From Mobula hypostoma (lineage: Eukaryota): DNA of 64,000 bases. A program made the position numbers and the translations under genes. Where the stretch lies: the NCBI RefSeq assembly GCF_963921235.1, contig NC_086109.1:25236001-25300000 (forward strand), in the 5' to 3' direction. This document shows, in pieces, positions 24,040 to 38,280 of this stretch (position 1 is the stretch's first letter; each line of letters starts with the position of its first letter). The notes beneath the pieces are model-generated. The model worked only from the letters and a program-made list of their open reading frames with translations, did not search any database and had not been told where the DNA came from.

Positions 24040-27000
24040 GTTTAATTGGAGTCAAGTTTGTGGGCGTAAAAAACAGGCCATAAAGAGAGAAAAGATGAAA
24101 TATGAAGGAGCCAATAATAAAAAAGCGGAAACAAAAAGTTTTTCTTTCGGGTAGATAAGCAGTAAAGGAGAGATGAGAGTGGATATCTGACTGCGGGGAA
24201 ATTAAGCTGGAGGGGTAGTAATGGGCGACAAAGAAATGGCAAATAAACTTATTAAGTATTTTGTGACAACCTTCACTGTGGAAGACACTAGCAGAATGCC
24301 ACAAGTGCGAGAGTGTTCAGGGCAGAAGTGATTGACATTGCTATTACTAAAGAGGCGGTGCGTGGGAAGCTGAAAAATCTGAAGGTAGGTCGGTTACCTG
24401 GATCAGATGGACTATACTACAGGGTTCTGAAGGAGGTGTCTGAAGGGATTGTGGAAGCATTCTTGATCTTTCAAGAATCACTCGATCCTGGATTGTTTCT
24501 GGAGGACTGGGAAATTGCAAAAGTCATTCCGCTCCTTAAGATGTGAAGAAAGCAAACAAAAAGAAATTATAGGTCAGTTAGCCTGACTTCAATGGTTGGA
24601 AAGATGTAGGAGTCTATTAATAAGAGTGAGGTCTCAGGGTGGGAAGCACATGTTAAAGTAGGCGAAAGTCAGCATGGTTACCTTAAGGGGAAATCTTATC
24701 TGACAAATCTGCTGGAATTCTTTGAGGAAATAACAAGTAGGATAGACAAAAGAGAGACAGAGGATGCTGTTTTTTTGGATTTTCAGAAGGCCTTTGACAA
24801 GGTGCCACACATGAAGCTTCTTAACAAGGGCTCATGGTATTACAAGAAAGATACTAGCATGGATAGAAGATTGGGTGACTACCAGGGGACAAAGAGTAGG
24901 AATAAAGGGGGTCTTTTCTGTTTGGCTGCTGGAGACGAGTGATGTTCTGCAGGGGTCAGTGATGGGACTACTTTTTTCATATTATATGTCAATGATTGGA
25001 TGAAGGCTTTGTGGCCAAATTTGTCAATGATACAAAGATAGGTGGAGGGGTAGATAGTGTTGAGGAAGCAGGATGTCTGTAGAAGGACTTGAACAGAAAG
25101 GGCGAACAAGTGGTAGATGGAATTTAATGTACAGAAGTGTGTATTATTTTCTAAATGAGAACATTCAAAAATCAGAGGTGCAAGGGGACTTGGGAGTCCA
25201 TGTGTAGGGTTCCCTAAAGGTTAACTTGCAGGTTGATCAGTGGTAAGGAAGGCAAATGCAATGTTAGCATTCATTTCAAGAGGACTAGAATACAAAAGCA
25301 AGGATATAATGCTGAGGCTTTTAAGGCATTGGTCAGACCATACTTTGAGTATTGTGAGCAGTTTTGGGCCCCTTATCTAAGCAAAATATGCTGGCATTGA
25401 GGGTCCAGAGGGAGTTCACAAAAATTATTCCAGGAATAATTCAGGAATAGTCAGCAAGGCTTTGTCAAGGACAGGTCGTGCCTTACGAGCCTGATTGAAT
25501 TTTTTGAGGATGTGACTAAACACATTGATGAAGGAAGAGCAGTAGATGTAGTGTATGTGGATTTCAGCAAGGCATTTGATAAGGTACCCCATGCAAGGCT
25601 TATTGAGAAAGTAAGGAGGCATGGGATCCAAGGGGACATTGCGTTGTGGACCCAGAACTGGCTTGCTCACAGAAGGCAAAGAGTGGTTGTAGACGGGTCA
25701 TATTCTGCATGGAGGTTGGTCACTAGTGGAGTGCCTCAAGGATCTGTTCTGGGACTCTTACTCTTCGTGATTTTTATAAATGACCTGGATGAGGAAGTGG
25801 AGGGATGGGTTAGTAAGTTTGCTGATGACACAAAGGTTGGAGATGTTGTGGATAATGTGGAGAGCTGTCAGGAGTTACAGCGGGACATTGATAGGATGCA
25901 AAACTGGGCTGAGAATTGGCAGATGGAGTTCAACCCAGACAAGTGTGAAGTGGTTCATTTTGGTAGATCAAATATGATGGCAAAATATAGTATTAATGGT
26001 AAGACTCTTGGCAGTGTGGAGGATCAGAAGGATCTTGGAGTCCGAGTCCATAGGATGTTCAAAGCAGCTGCACAGGTTATCTCTGTAGTTAAGAAGGCGT
26101 ACAGTGTATTGGTCTTCATCAATCATGGAATTGAATTTAGGAGCCGAGAGGTAATGTTGCAGCTATATAGGACCCTGGTCAGACCTCACTTGGAGTACTG
26201 TGCTCAGTTCTGGTCACCTCACTACAGGAAGGATGTGGAAACTATAGAAAGGGTGCAGAGGAGATTTACAAGGATGTTGCCTGGATTGGGGAGCATGCCT
26301 TATGAGAATAGGTTGAGTGAACTCGGCCTTTTCTCCTTGGAGCAACAGAGGATGAGAGGTGATCTGATAGAGGTGTATAAGATTATGAGAGGCATTGATC
26401 ATGTGGATAGTCAGAGACTTTTTCCTAGAGCTGAAATGGTTGCCACAAGAGGACACAGGTTTAAGGTGCTGGGGAGTAGGTACAGATGAGATGTCAGGGG
26501 TAAGTTTTTTACTCAGAGAGTGGTGAGTGCGTGGAATGGTCTGCCGGCAACGGTGGCGGAGGTGGATACGATAGGGTCTTTTAAGAGACTTTTGGATAGG
26601 TACATGGAGCTTAGAAACATAGGGGAATATAGGTAAGCCTAGTAATTTCTAAGGTAGGGACATGTTCGGCACAACTTTGTGGGCCAAAGGCTGTGTTGTG
26701 CTGTAGATTTTCTATGTTTCTATGTTTCTGTGAATGAAAGGGTTAACAGATGAGGAGTGTTAGATGGTTCTGGGTCTGTACTTGCTGGAGTTTAGAAGAA
26801 TGAGGGGGTCTCACTGAAACATCATTGAATACTGAAAACTCTAGTTAGTGGATGTGAGGATGCTTCCTATACTGTGTGAATCTAGGACCAGAGGGCACAC
26901 GCTCAGAAAAGAGGGACATCCATTTAGAACTGAGATGAGGAAAAATTTCTTTAGCCAGAGGGTGGCAAATCTGTGGAATTCATTGCCACATATGGCTGTG

Positions 27001-27172
27001 CAGGCCAAGTCATATTTAAGGGGATGTTCTTGATTAATCAGGGTGGCAAAGGTTAGAGGAAGAAGGCAGGAGAATGGGTGTGAGAGGGATAGTAATTCAA
27101 CCATGATGGAATGGCAAAGCAGACTCAATGGGCTGAATGGCCTAATTCTGCTCCTATGTCTAATGGTCTTAA
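24040..27172 (+). mobile_element. Old CR1 LINE interrupted by a younger CR1
   Basis: EDWEIAKVIPLLK, FRTEMRKNFFSQRVANLWNSLP; outer sequence CCAGGAAT|GAAAGGGTTA split at ~25438/26732. Confidence 0.85.
25438..26731 (+). mobile_element. Younger 5'-truncated CR1 with 325-aa open RT fragment
   Basis: DFSKAFDKVPH, SGVPQGSVLG, SKFADDTK, LVRPHLEYCAQFWSP; (TTTCTATG)n tail. Confidence 0.92.
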
Positions 27173-27174
27173 GG

Positions 27175-27770
27175 TATATGTGGATAGGTGGAGAGGGTCA
27201 GTAACTTTAAATTCCTGGGTGTCACTATCTCAGAGCACCAGGCCTGGGCCATCATATAAATATAATTGGAAAGAAAGCACGACAGCACCTGTACTTCCTC
27301 AGGAGTCTGCGGAGATTTGGCATGTCATCAAATTCCTTCGCAAACCTCTATAGATGTATGGTGGAAAAGTGTGCTGACTGGCTGCATTATAGCCTGGTAG
27401 AGGAACACCAATGCCTTTGAGTGGAAAATCCTACCAAAGGTAGTATATTTGGCAGAGTACTTCACAGGTAAAACCGTCCCAACCATTGAGCACATCTAAA
27501 TGAAACGTTGCCATAGGAAAGCAGCATCCAGCATCAGAGATCCTCACCACCCAGGCCATGCTCTATTCTCACTGCTGCCATTAGGTAGAAGGTACAGGAG
27601 TCCCAGGACTCGCACAGCACTTCAAGAATAGTTAATACCCATCAACCATCAGGCTCTTGAACAAAGGAGGATAACTGCACTTATTTTTCTTCTGGTGTTC
27701 CTATAACCAATAGTCCCACTTTAAGTATTTGATGCTTTCATTATTTATTGCTATTTATTTATATTCACAT
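27175..27770 (+). mobile_element. Rex1/Babar LINE 3' remnant
   Basis: CTGACTGGCTGCATT, AAAGCAGCATCC, CACCACCCAGGCCATGCTC and TCAACCATCAGGCTCTTGAAC blocks shared with other copies. Confidence 0.7.
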
Positions 27771-29157
27771 TCAGGGAGTGGAAAGATATACTATAAGGCA
27801 GGGAAGAAGAAGATGGAGTGTGGAGTTTAGTCACTGACACAGACCATCTGGGGTAATTAACTTGTTTCTGTGCTCTAATATTCAGTGCACCTTGGGTAAC
27901 TACAGGGGAATGGCCAGTGCTTGTGGAAATGTTTTGAAAGGGAGATGGATTTTAGAGGGAAAGTGGCCGTATCCTAATTAAAAGAAAATGCTGTAGGAAA
28001 ATTGTAGTATTTGAGGTAACCCGATGATTTCCTACAAATGCAGTCAAAGCCAAAGGGAACAGCTGTAAGGACAAAAGCCAATTTAAAGACTCTGCTCAAC
28101 CAGAATAGAATGCTTAGCGTTCATGAAATTGTTCACACCTCAGGAAATTATTCTGACTGCCAGTCCCCGAGCAGCAAGCTGCTGGGATCACCGTGGCAAG
28201 GTATATTTTCAGGCCTGAATGCACTGGTACTCAATTGCTCTGTGTGATTCCTTCACACAGACATTTGCTCACATCTGCAACAAACAAAAGCATTGAGCGA
28301 TATAGTGAAATATTTTTCAGAAATTTGCTTTTGTTGGGTGAGAAGCATTTTGCCTCAAGGTTCTGGGGAAGAAACGCAAGACAAGGTGTCCGGATTTGAA
28401 AACAGAACTGAATAACAACAGGGAGATTAGGAAAAGTGCCTAAAGTTTAAGAGCAGAATAAAAGATAAAATGAAGAGTGGGTGTTTGGGAGATACAGACA
28501 GGAAGGCAGTGGTGGATACATGTAGTGAGAGAACACCTGGGTCTTTGTGATCTTTGTTCAATGCAAACATGGATTACAGCTCAGACCCAAGAGGGCTAAT
28601 CTAATGTGTGACTGCACTCAAAGTCAATTAGGATTTTGCCACCTCGGCAAATTAGTGTTTATCATCAAATGAGAGAGCATCGCATGTACGCACAATGTAT
28701 GAACGTTACGGCTATCCCAAATAAATATACATTTACTGTATCTCAGTATGCAACAATTGTCAGAGCTTTTTTCTATTCGGGATCCTGAACTGGGTTGAAT
28801 TTATGGCTCTTCTGCGACTGAAATCCTCTGGAGAATAAGCTCATTGGCTCTTATCAACAGTTAAAAGAGCTGTACTTATAGCGCTACACCTTTTTAAATT
28901 GGAAAATTGGTTTATTATTGTCACATATACCAAGATATAATAAAAATCTTTGCTTTGCATGCCATCCACATGGTTCATTTCATCACATCAGTGCATTGAG
29001 GTAGTTCAAGGGAAAATAATAAAAGAATGCTGAATAAAGTGTTACATTTATAGGCTTGTTTTTTTCAATAATATAGTACACAATCTCATTTCAACCAGAT
29101 GACTATTGCCATTTTGGGACTGTCACACTTTTAAATACAGGCTACAGTATTTACCTC

Positions 29158-29364
29158 CAAGAGAAATTCTGCAGATGCTGGAAATCCAAAGCATCACACA
29201 CAATGCTGGAGGGACTCAACAGGTCAGGTGGCATTCATGGAAATTTACAGACAGTCGACATTTTTGGGCTGAGACCCTTCTTCGGGTCCTGAAATGTCAA
29301 CTGTTTGCTTATTTCCATGGATGCTGCCTGACACGCTGAGATCCTCCAGAATTTTGTGTGTGTT
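29158..29364. mobile_element. Older PLE fold-back insertion with degenerate hammerhead
   Basis: Inverted arms around GAGACCCTTCTTCGGGTCC; candidate TSD TACAGTATTTACC (29143-29155) / TATAGTGTTCACC (29364-29376). Confidence 0.7.
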
Positions 29365-29681
29365 ATAGTGTTCACCATTTTCTATCTTATCTGCTATCTG
29401 CTGGTTTATAAAAAGAAATGTATTAGATATGGGCATCCCAAGCAATGTTATCTTTTATTGCCTTTTTTCTGATGGCACTTAAAAAGAGGATGGTAAGCCA
29501 TTTTCTTGCATTTCGACAGTCTTTCATCGTTTCAAGATTTGGGCTTTGCAATCAACAGGTTATTGGTGAGTAAGTACCACTTGGTTGTGCTATTGACTAT
29601 AATTTCCATCATTTGTTAATGGTTGAGAGTAGATTAGTGGGGCAGAAATTAGCCGTATTTTGTTGGTCTTGATTTTTGCAG

Positions 29682-30428
29682 ACCATAAGACATAGGAGCC
29701 GAATTAGGCCATCTGGCCCATCGAGTCTGCTCTGCCATTCAATAATGGCTGATCCTTTTTTCTATCTTCTCCTCAACCCCAGTTCCCGGCCTTTTCTCCA
29801 TAACCTTTGATACCATGTCTAATCAAGAACCTATCAATCTCTGCCTTAAATACACCCAACGACCTGGCCTCCACAGCTGCACGTGGCAACAAATTCCACA
29901 AATTCACCACCCTTTGGCTAAAGAAGTTTCTCTGCATCTTTGTTTTCAAAGAGCGTCTTTCTATCCTGAGGCTGTGCCCTCTTGTTCTAGACTCTCCCAC
30001 CATGGGAAACATCCTTACCACATCTACTCTGTCTAGGCCTTTTAACATTTGAAAGGTTTCAATGAAATACCCCCTCATCCTTCTGAATTCCAGTGAGTAC
30101 AGACACAGAGACATCAAACATTCCTCATGTGATAACCCTTTCATTCCTGGAATCATCCTTGTGAACCTCCTTTGGACCCTCTCCAATGCCAGCACATCTT
30201 TTCTAAGATGAGGGCCCAAAACTGTTCACAATACTCAAGGTGAGGCCTCACCTGTGCCTAAAGCCTCAGCATCACATCCCTGCTCTTGTATTCTAGACCT
30301 CTTGAAATGAATGCTAACATGGCATTTGCCTTCCTCACCACCAACTCAACCTGCAAGCTAACCTTCAAGGTGTTCTGCACAAGGACTCCCAAGTCCCTTT
30401 GCATCTCAGATTCCTGGGTTTTCTCCCG
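29682..30428 (-). mobile_element. CR1 LINE 3' fragment
   Basis: LERVQRRFTRMIPG, NFFSQRVVNLWN, QRDLGVLV. Confidence 0.9.
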
Positions 30429-31489
30429 GACATACCAGCATAATTTTCCACAGTGATTGGTAGATACCAGAATCGCCATCACGTTAGGAAAATCCTGACA
30501 GTAGTTCTGGAACACATGCCGAAAGGAAGATAGCAGATGGAGTATTGACTGGTTTCAAAGCTTTTGTTCTCTCCGGCACTCTCAGCCTTTTCTTCATAAA
30601 ATATGAAGTGAACTGGATTGACTAAAGACGGACTTCTGTGATTGTGGGGATATCATAACAGGGCCCAGCAGATCATTTACCTGGCAGTTTTTCTAAAGAT
30701 GAGTATAAATGCTTCAGCCTTGTTGTTCTCCTTTACTGTTACATTGTAATGAAAGAGGGCAGTGAGTATTCATGTCAACCAAGTTCTCTGCCTCCATAAA
30801 GTCATGCTGTTTTATATCTAACTGACTCATGCTTTGACAACCCTTTAAACATTGATATGTTTCCTGAAAGACTTTTGAGTTCCTCTTATGTTCATTGCTA
30901 ATCTGACAGCATTTCCACTCCTGACTATTCATACTGTGCAGCCTTTTCTTTCCATAAGACATAGGAGCATAAGTAGGCCATTCGGCCCATCAAGTTGGCT
31001 CTGCCATTTGATCATAGCTGATTTATTTTCCCTTTCAACCCCATTCTCCTGCCTTATCCCCACAATCTTTGATGCCATTATTAATCAAGAACCTAGCAAC
31101 CTCTGTTTTGTCAAAGTACATATATATCACCATATACAATTCTGAGATTCATTTCCTTGTGGGCATACTCAACAAATGTCTGGAATAGTAACTATAACAA
31201 AATCAGTGGAAGTTCACCCCACTAGGACATTCAGCCAGTATAAAGAAGACAACAAACTGTGCAAATGCAAATATAAATAAATAACAATAAATAACGAGAA
31301 TATGAGATGAAGGGTCCTTGAAAGTGAGTCCATTGGTTGTTGGAACATTTCAATGATGGGCTAAGTGAAGTTCAGTGAAGTTATTCCCTGTTGTTCAAGA
31401 GCCTGGTGGTTCTATAGTCACAGAAAAGTGAAGGGTAATAACTGGTTTTGAACCTGACAATGTGTGTTTTATTTTAGGGTTAGTTCATA

Positions 31490-32131
31490 ACTAAGTTCCT
31501 GAGAAAACTAAAGAAATTTGGCCTGTCCCCTAAAACCCTCACTAATTTTTATAGATGCACCATAGAAAGCATTCTTCTAGTGTGCATCACAACCTGGTAT
31601 GGAAGTTGTCCTGTCCAAGACGGAAAGAAGCTGCAGAAGATCGTGAACACGGCGCAGCACATCACACAAACCAATCTTCTATCCTTGGACTCCCTTTACA
31701 CCGCAGGCTGCCGGAGCAATGCTGCCAGGATAATCAGGGACAGGACCCACCCAGCCAACACACTTTTCGTCCCTCTTCCCTCCGGGAGAAGGTTCAGGAG
31801 CTTGAAGACTCATACAGCCAAATTTGGGAACAGCTTCTTTCCAACTGTGATAAGACTGCTGAACGGATCCTGACCCAGATCTGGTCCGTACCCTCCAAAT
31901 ATCTGGACCCGCCTCTTGGTTTTTTTGCACTACCTTACTTCCCATTTTTCTATTTTCTATTTATGATTTGTAATTTAGATTTTTGATATTTACTAGTTTT
32001 AACTATTTTTAATATTTTTAACATTTAATATTTGTAATCCAGGGTGTGTGAAGCGCAGAATCAAATATCGCTGTGATGATTGTACGTTCTAGTACCAATT
32101 GTTTGGCGACAATAAAGTATAAAGTATAAAA
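31490..32131 (+). mobile_element. Rex1/Babar LINE 3' end
   Basis: CITTWYGSC...KKLQKIVNTAQHIT...PLPSGRRFRS...NSFFP; (TAAAGTA)n tail. Confidence 0.88.
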
Positions 32132-32204
32132 GTTATGGACCATGTATTTGTCACCAGAATCATATGGAGTCACCTCAGAATTAATTATTCCCTGCAGTAA
32201 CATA

Positions 32205-32570
32205 AAGGTTTGTGCCTTGCTTTACAGCACCAGCTTGTAAGATTGGAGCTCGATTCCTGCCATTGTCTGCAGGAATTTGTATGTTCTCTCCATGACTGTC
32301 TGGGTTTTTTTCCAGGTGCTCTGGTTTCCTCCCACCTTCTAAAAGTATGTTTAGGGTTAGTGAATTGTGGGCATGCAATGTTAGCACCGGAAGTGTGGCG
32401 ACATTTGCAAGCTGCCCTGCACAATCCTTGCTGATATGATTTGATGTGAATAATGCGTAGTTATAGAAAAATACAGAAATAGGCTCTTTGGCCCATCTAG
32501 TCCATGCTAACCCATTTAAACAGCATTTTTCTGTATGTTTTGATGTACATGTGACAAATTAAGCTAATCT
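32205..32570 (+). mobile_element. V-SINE (HE1-like)
   Basis: V-domain-like TTTGTATGTTCTCTCCATGAC...GGTGCTCTGGTTTCCTCCCAC; related minus-strand copy ~47600-47900. Confidence 0.65.
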
Positions 32571-34786
32571 TACCTTTTATCTTTACATATTACTGTCTGT
32601 GTATGGGGATTATTGTTGTCTAACTGGGAATCCTGCATTTTGTTGACGACAAAAATTACCTGGAGTAAGCAGAGTGATTGTTGCAACATGGGTTCTTGCT
32701 TATGATCCATCTATCTTACCTCTAGGTATGCAATCTGTGAGAATGGGCTACTCTTAGATAGTGAAATGTGCATGAAGACCAGATTTTGAAGATTGTATAC
32801 GGTAATATTCCTCAGGAGCTTATAATAGAAAAAAATGCATGTTGACATTTGAAATTATTTGATTTATTTGCATGATTATGTTTCCTTCCTGACCCTGAGG
32901 TTATCAATTATTTCGAATTATAACATCTTGAAGTGATTGGACCAACTTATTGTCAAGACCAAAGTGATTATATTTCATCTGTTGCTGAGAAAGTGTGTCT
33001 TCTCCTGGCAACTGAAAAAGAGGTTCCAACTTAATGTGAAACATCAGACAGCATTATTAAGCCTGAAAACTGATGGGTCATGTTGAGGAGGGTTTCATGA
33101 TTCAGAGTTTTAAAATAATCTTTCACCAAATATGGAACTTCCTGCAAAAAAAGCAGCATTAATTTCCCAGGTCTACTTTCCCTTTATCTTAGCAGCTTGC
33201 TGGACCATTTCAGTGGGTCGTTAAGAGTCAGTTAGATTGTTATATGTATGGAGTCACACACGAGCAGGACCAGAAAAGGAGAGCATGTTTGCTCTCCGGG
33301 AAGGAATTACTGCATCAAATGGGCTTTTTATAGTAATTTTATGGTTCATTGTCACTATTACTGATTCTACCTTTTTATTCCAGGTTGTCTAATTAGCTGA
33401 GTTTAAACTCCAGTTTAAATTTTGGGGTTCCACCTTAGATCTCATGGTCACCAGCCTCTGAATTGTACCTGCATTTGACCGGTCTCTCTCTCACTCTTGC
33501 TCGTTGGTCGTGGAACAAAGTGCCTGCATTTGACAAGGTCTCTCTCTCCCTCTTGCTTGATGCTGCCCATGGATGGTGCCGGCATCTAGGGTCTTGTGCA
33601 AGGTTTGATCAACGTGCTTTGTGGATTGGACATTGCAGTTTATGTTATGTGTGTTTCTGGTTTCTAGTTACAGCTTTTTTTTTGCTATTTTGTGCAATTT
33701 TGATTGGGGCAGCCCTGCTCTTCTGCCTGCAGTCAATGAACAACACAGCGCTAAATTGAAATGAACTGAAATGAAACTGAACATTCCCAGACTGGTTCAA
33801 TGACTTTTTAATCTGTGTTTTTCCACTAGTTTTTGCCACTCGCTCGATTTGTTGTTTTTTTGTGTTTTGGGAGTTTGATGTTTTCTTTGAATAGGTTCCA
33901 CGGTGTTTCTTTGTTTCATGGCTGTCTGTGGAATGATGAATCTCAGGGTTACATACTGCATACAGACTTGATAATAAACGAACTTTGAGCTTTGAACTTT
34001 GGATTGCTTCTCCTGTAACTGATCTGCTTTTCTACCTAAGTGTTGGAAAAGGCCGGAATATTTACAAAAAAAAAGCTCATTGCTGAGAATTGTGAATTTA
34101 GAAAGAGATCACGCCAAAAAGTGGTTGATTTTGTGAAGTATAGTGAGCTGAGAGACCTTAGAGCCTGATATACAAATCCCTTAAATACACACAAAATGCT
34201 GGAAGAATTCAGCAGGACAGACAGCATCTATGACAAAGAGTAAACAGTTGGTGTTTTAGGCTGAGACCCTTCAACAGGACTGGAGAAAAAAAGAGGATTT
34301 ACAACATCTGCTGATTTTCTCTTGTCTGTGATTACACAAATGCCTTATTGTGACAATTCCTTTGCCATAGTAAGTAAACAACTCTAGGTTATTTGCATTT
34401 ATATTGAACTGTAAAAGCAAGGAAGTTGTATAGGAACACTTTATAGATCAATCCTACTGTTGTTATCCATTAGTGGAGACCCATTTTAAGTGTATAAAGT
34501 GAAGTAGTTCCAGGTCACTTCCAGGGATGCAGGACTTAAAATTTTCCAATGTGTCTTCATATCTTATTAGAGAAGTGTGGCTTCAAAGTCATGTTTAAAT
34601 TCCTCTGATTGATTCCTGGGGTGTCAGATTTACATATGATATAAGGACAGATTAAGCAAACTATGTTCTCTTGTGTTTAGAGGAATGAGAGGCAAACTCA
34701 TTGAAACATATAATTCTAGTGAAGCTTGACAATAGAGTTAACGTATCCTTGGGTATCATGGTGTCACTTAGAATCAGGAGCAATAT

Positions 34787-34955
34787 ATACAGAATTCTGG
34801 GGGAACTTAACAGGTCAGGCAGCATTTATGGAAAGGAATAAACAGTTGACATTTTGGAATGAAACATCATTCCAAATTGCTGCCTGACCTGCTGAGTTCC
34901 TGCAGCATTTTGTATGATTTACTCTGGATTTCCAGAATCTGCAGAATCTCTTTCA
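34787..34955. mobile_element. Short PLE fold-back remnant inside decayed CR1
   Basis: GAACTTAACAGGTCAGGCAGCA ... TGCTGCCTGACCTGCTGAGTTC inverted arms, followed by the family tail. Confidence 0.6.
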
Positions 34956-36194
34956 TTTTGAACCAGGAATCATGTTTTCAAAATAAAAAGTTGTCAATTA
35001 AGTATGAAGATGAGAAGAAATTTCTTCATTAAGAGGGTTGTGAATTTTTTGAATTCTCCAACCAAGACGGTTATGGAAATGAAATCACTGAGTGTACGCA
35101 AGCAAACATTTATAGGTTCTTAGAAATTAAGGGAATCAAGAAATATGAGTCGGTATAGAAAAAGCATACTGAGCTAAATGTCTATGGACAATCTTATTGG
35201 GTAGTGGATCAAGTTCAAGGGGTATATTTTCTTCTGATTTTTCCTGATGTTCTAGTGTGGTTTCACTGATGAGAAATTTTAATTATGGCAGATAGAGAAA
35301 AACATTTTCATCTTGCAAGTTAGCAGAATTCATAATCACTTTTGAAAGGCAGAAAACATGGAGAAATGTTTTCACTTGGAAGATTATCAGGATCTCAAAT
35401 CTTCCATTGGGAAAGGTGGTGTGAGCTGATTTCTTAAATAAATTAAAAGGGGGTTGCGCAGATTGAGGAATTTGCAAGGCCATAGACAATAAGCCAGGGT
35501 GGGATAATATGGGAATATTCTTTCACATAGACAGATTAAGGGGTTTTTGGACCCCTGGGCAAGCAGAAATTGGAAACTCTCCATATTCCATTACAAATAT
35601 AAATGAATGAAGAATCATTAATACAAAGGGCCATTAAATGTTTTACATATCATATTAATAATTCAAGTACAGCAAAGTACAAGAAAAATGTGGGCATTAC
35701 TGATTGCTTAAAAATACAATTCGGCATTTACTCGAGAATGAATGCTGATCAGTTACTACTCGTGCTTTTTATCACCTGATTTGTCTTAACCTACCTCCAT
35801 AAAGTCCTCTGTCTTGTATCTCACTTCCACCACCCTCCCACCCAACTCTACCTTGAAAATATGAAAATCCTCTGTTCCTTTTCCAATTCCGAGAAAGAGT
35901 CATTGGTAAAAAAATATTGAGTAGTTTCTCTCTCCACCGATGCTTCTTGACCAGGTGAACTCTTCCAGCATTTCTGTTGTTGTTTTCCAGTCTAAAAGAT
36001 AGCATTGATGATTCCTGCAATTCCAGTAAAGCAGCAGGCTTATGAACTTACAGACACTTGTGCATAGAAAAGTTCAAAGGGATATGGATTAAATTTTACA
36101 GTTCTAGCTTAGATTGGAATTTTCGTCAATATTGACTAGGTAGACCAATGTACCCGTTTCTGTGCTGTAGGACATTATGACTCTATGACAGTAC

Positions 36195-37011
36195 AACATA
36201 TTCCAGTTATTTGGGCCATCGGTTAATCCGGACAGCCACTTATTTGGGCCGACTCTTAAGGGACAAAAAATAATTGAGAAAATAGCCCTGATTCCCTTTA
36301 TTTATTTGGAACACCATGCCACTTAATTGGGGCAGGAGACTGTGGCCAAACAGTTTCTAATTAGCATCAGTCACATGCACTTGTGTTAGAAATTAGACTG
36401 TGTTTAGAGCAAATAGTTTTCAAATAGCACCATTGGCATGTGTTTGTGTTCATAAAACGATTTTTGTCACCAATAGTTGGTGAGAAGTAAGCAGAAAGAT
36501 AATTCAGAACTGTTTTGCACTCTGTATTTTCAAGCATTTAGGTTTGGTGATGCCAAAAACGGCTGGGTGTGAAAATGAAACTACTTTAACAAGTTAGGAA
36601 TGCAGAAAATTTTAAGGTATTGACAATCATCTTCAATGTTATAATGAAAATGAAGATTTGGAGAATATAATCATTGAAAGCATTTTATGAAGGCAGCCCA
36701 TAATCTACACCGGGTGTCTATGCTGATTTTGTTATTTTACAGTCAACTAAAAGTACTCATCAGCGTACACTGGATGAATTCCTCCATCGATAACTATTAG
36801 AAAATAATACACTGTTTTATAGTACTGTAGTTGTATCGATGGCATTCTAATTTGTTCTATTTTTTTATTTAAATGCATATTTTGTTACAGTTAAATTGTA
36901 GTTTTTTATACCTTTTTAGCTATTTCCATTAAACTGTCTAATTGGGGCAGCCATTTAATTGGGTCAATGGTTAACTGGTTCTGATGTGTCCCAATTAACT
37001 GGAATCCACTT
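36195..37011 (+). mobile_element. pogo/Tigger-like non-autonomous DNA transposon, copy 1
   Basis: TIRs ATTCCAGTTATTTGGG / CCCAATTAACTGGAATCCAC; collinear with 44656-45484. Confidence 0.75.
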
Positions 37012-37659
37012 GTGCTCCTATGCCGAGGTTTACACCACAATGACATAACTAAAATATTAAATAATATAAACATTAAAAAAACCTCTTGAATATACATTTT
37101 GCCTTTTAAATTATTGGCTTCTTCTGTACTTTGAGAGGACAAGTATCATGTACGTCATTATAATCAATTTACTGCATCAGTTGCAATTCAGCTGTCATCA
37201 GAGAGAACACAATCAGACACCTCTGATGCATTATAGATCTCAGTTTAGTTCTTATCCTTTGTGTTGTCAAAAATGTATATCCTGCTTCACAGACTGTGAC
37301 TGGCAGGGTCAGGAAATGTCTAAGAATGATGTGCATGTTAGAGAATGTTGACTGAAGGCCATTTTGCTTTAAAACTAGCAGCAATTTTCAAGCAAGTATG
37401 TCTGGCTTATCCTCTGCAAAGAATTTGAATTAGCTGAGTTCATTGGTGAAGTTCTATTCCAAATCATTGGGGTAAACTGCAGCAAGTTTGGTGAAACGCT
37501 AGTGAAGTTCAATAATTTTTTAAAGGGATACTTTCAATTTTCTTTTGAATTTGGGGGTCAGGGCATTTCCAAAGTATGAAAGGAGGGGATAGTTGAGACA
37601 GGAGATATGCTGGAACTCTGGAGGGATTAGAACTTAAAGTAGACAGGTTCTTCGTATTA

Positions 37660-38280
37660 ATGGAATTTCCCAGGGATTTTGAGAGAATTACGTGAAGAAC
37701 TAGAAGGAGTACTGATCAGGATATTTCAATTCTCATTGGATCTGGGGGTTAGTGCAATAAACTGAAAACTGATCAATGTACAAGTATGGGATAAGGACCA
37801 TCCCCAACAACCAGATTGTCAGCATAATCTCATTGTTGGAAACACCTTTAAAAATATTGATCTGTGGTAGGAAAATGGATTAATTAATGCAAGCCAGCAC
37901 ATGATTTAAAGGAGGAGATCATGATTAGATAATTTTTTTTCAAGAGCCAACAAATTTGATGAGGATGATGCAGTTCATGTGGTGCACAGTGACTTCCAGA
38001 AGACATTTGGATAAAGTGCCACATGACAGACTGAAGTACATGGCATGAAAGGGTCATGGATGTGAAGTTGGCAAAGTTACCAATAATAGAGGGTCATGGT
38101 GATTGATTTTCAGACTTGAGGAAGGTGAATAGGGAGATTTTGTGGGAATAGTTATCAGGGTTGTTGCATTTTTTGATCTTCATTGATGACCAACATTTGG
38201 GGGTGACAGGGTAGTGCAAGCCAGAATTTCTAAGTTTGCAGATGATCTTGGCAGTATGGCCAGCTATGAAGAGGATGGTG
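37660..38280 (+). mobile_element. Highly decayed CR1 RT remnant
   Basis: GACTTCCAGAAGACATTTGGATAAAGTGCCACAT (DFQKAFDKVPH-like); TCTAAGTTTGCAGATGAT (SKFADD). Confidence 0.6.
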
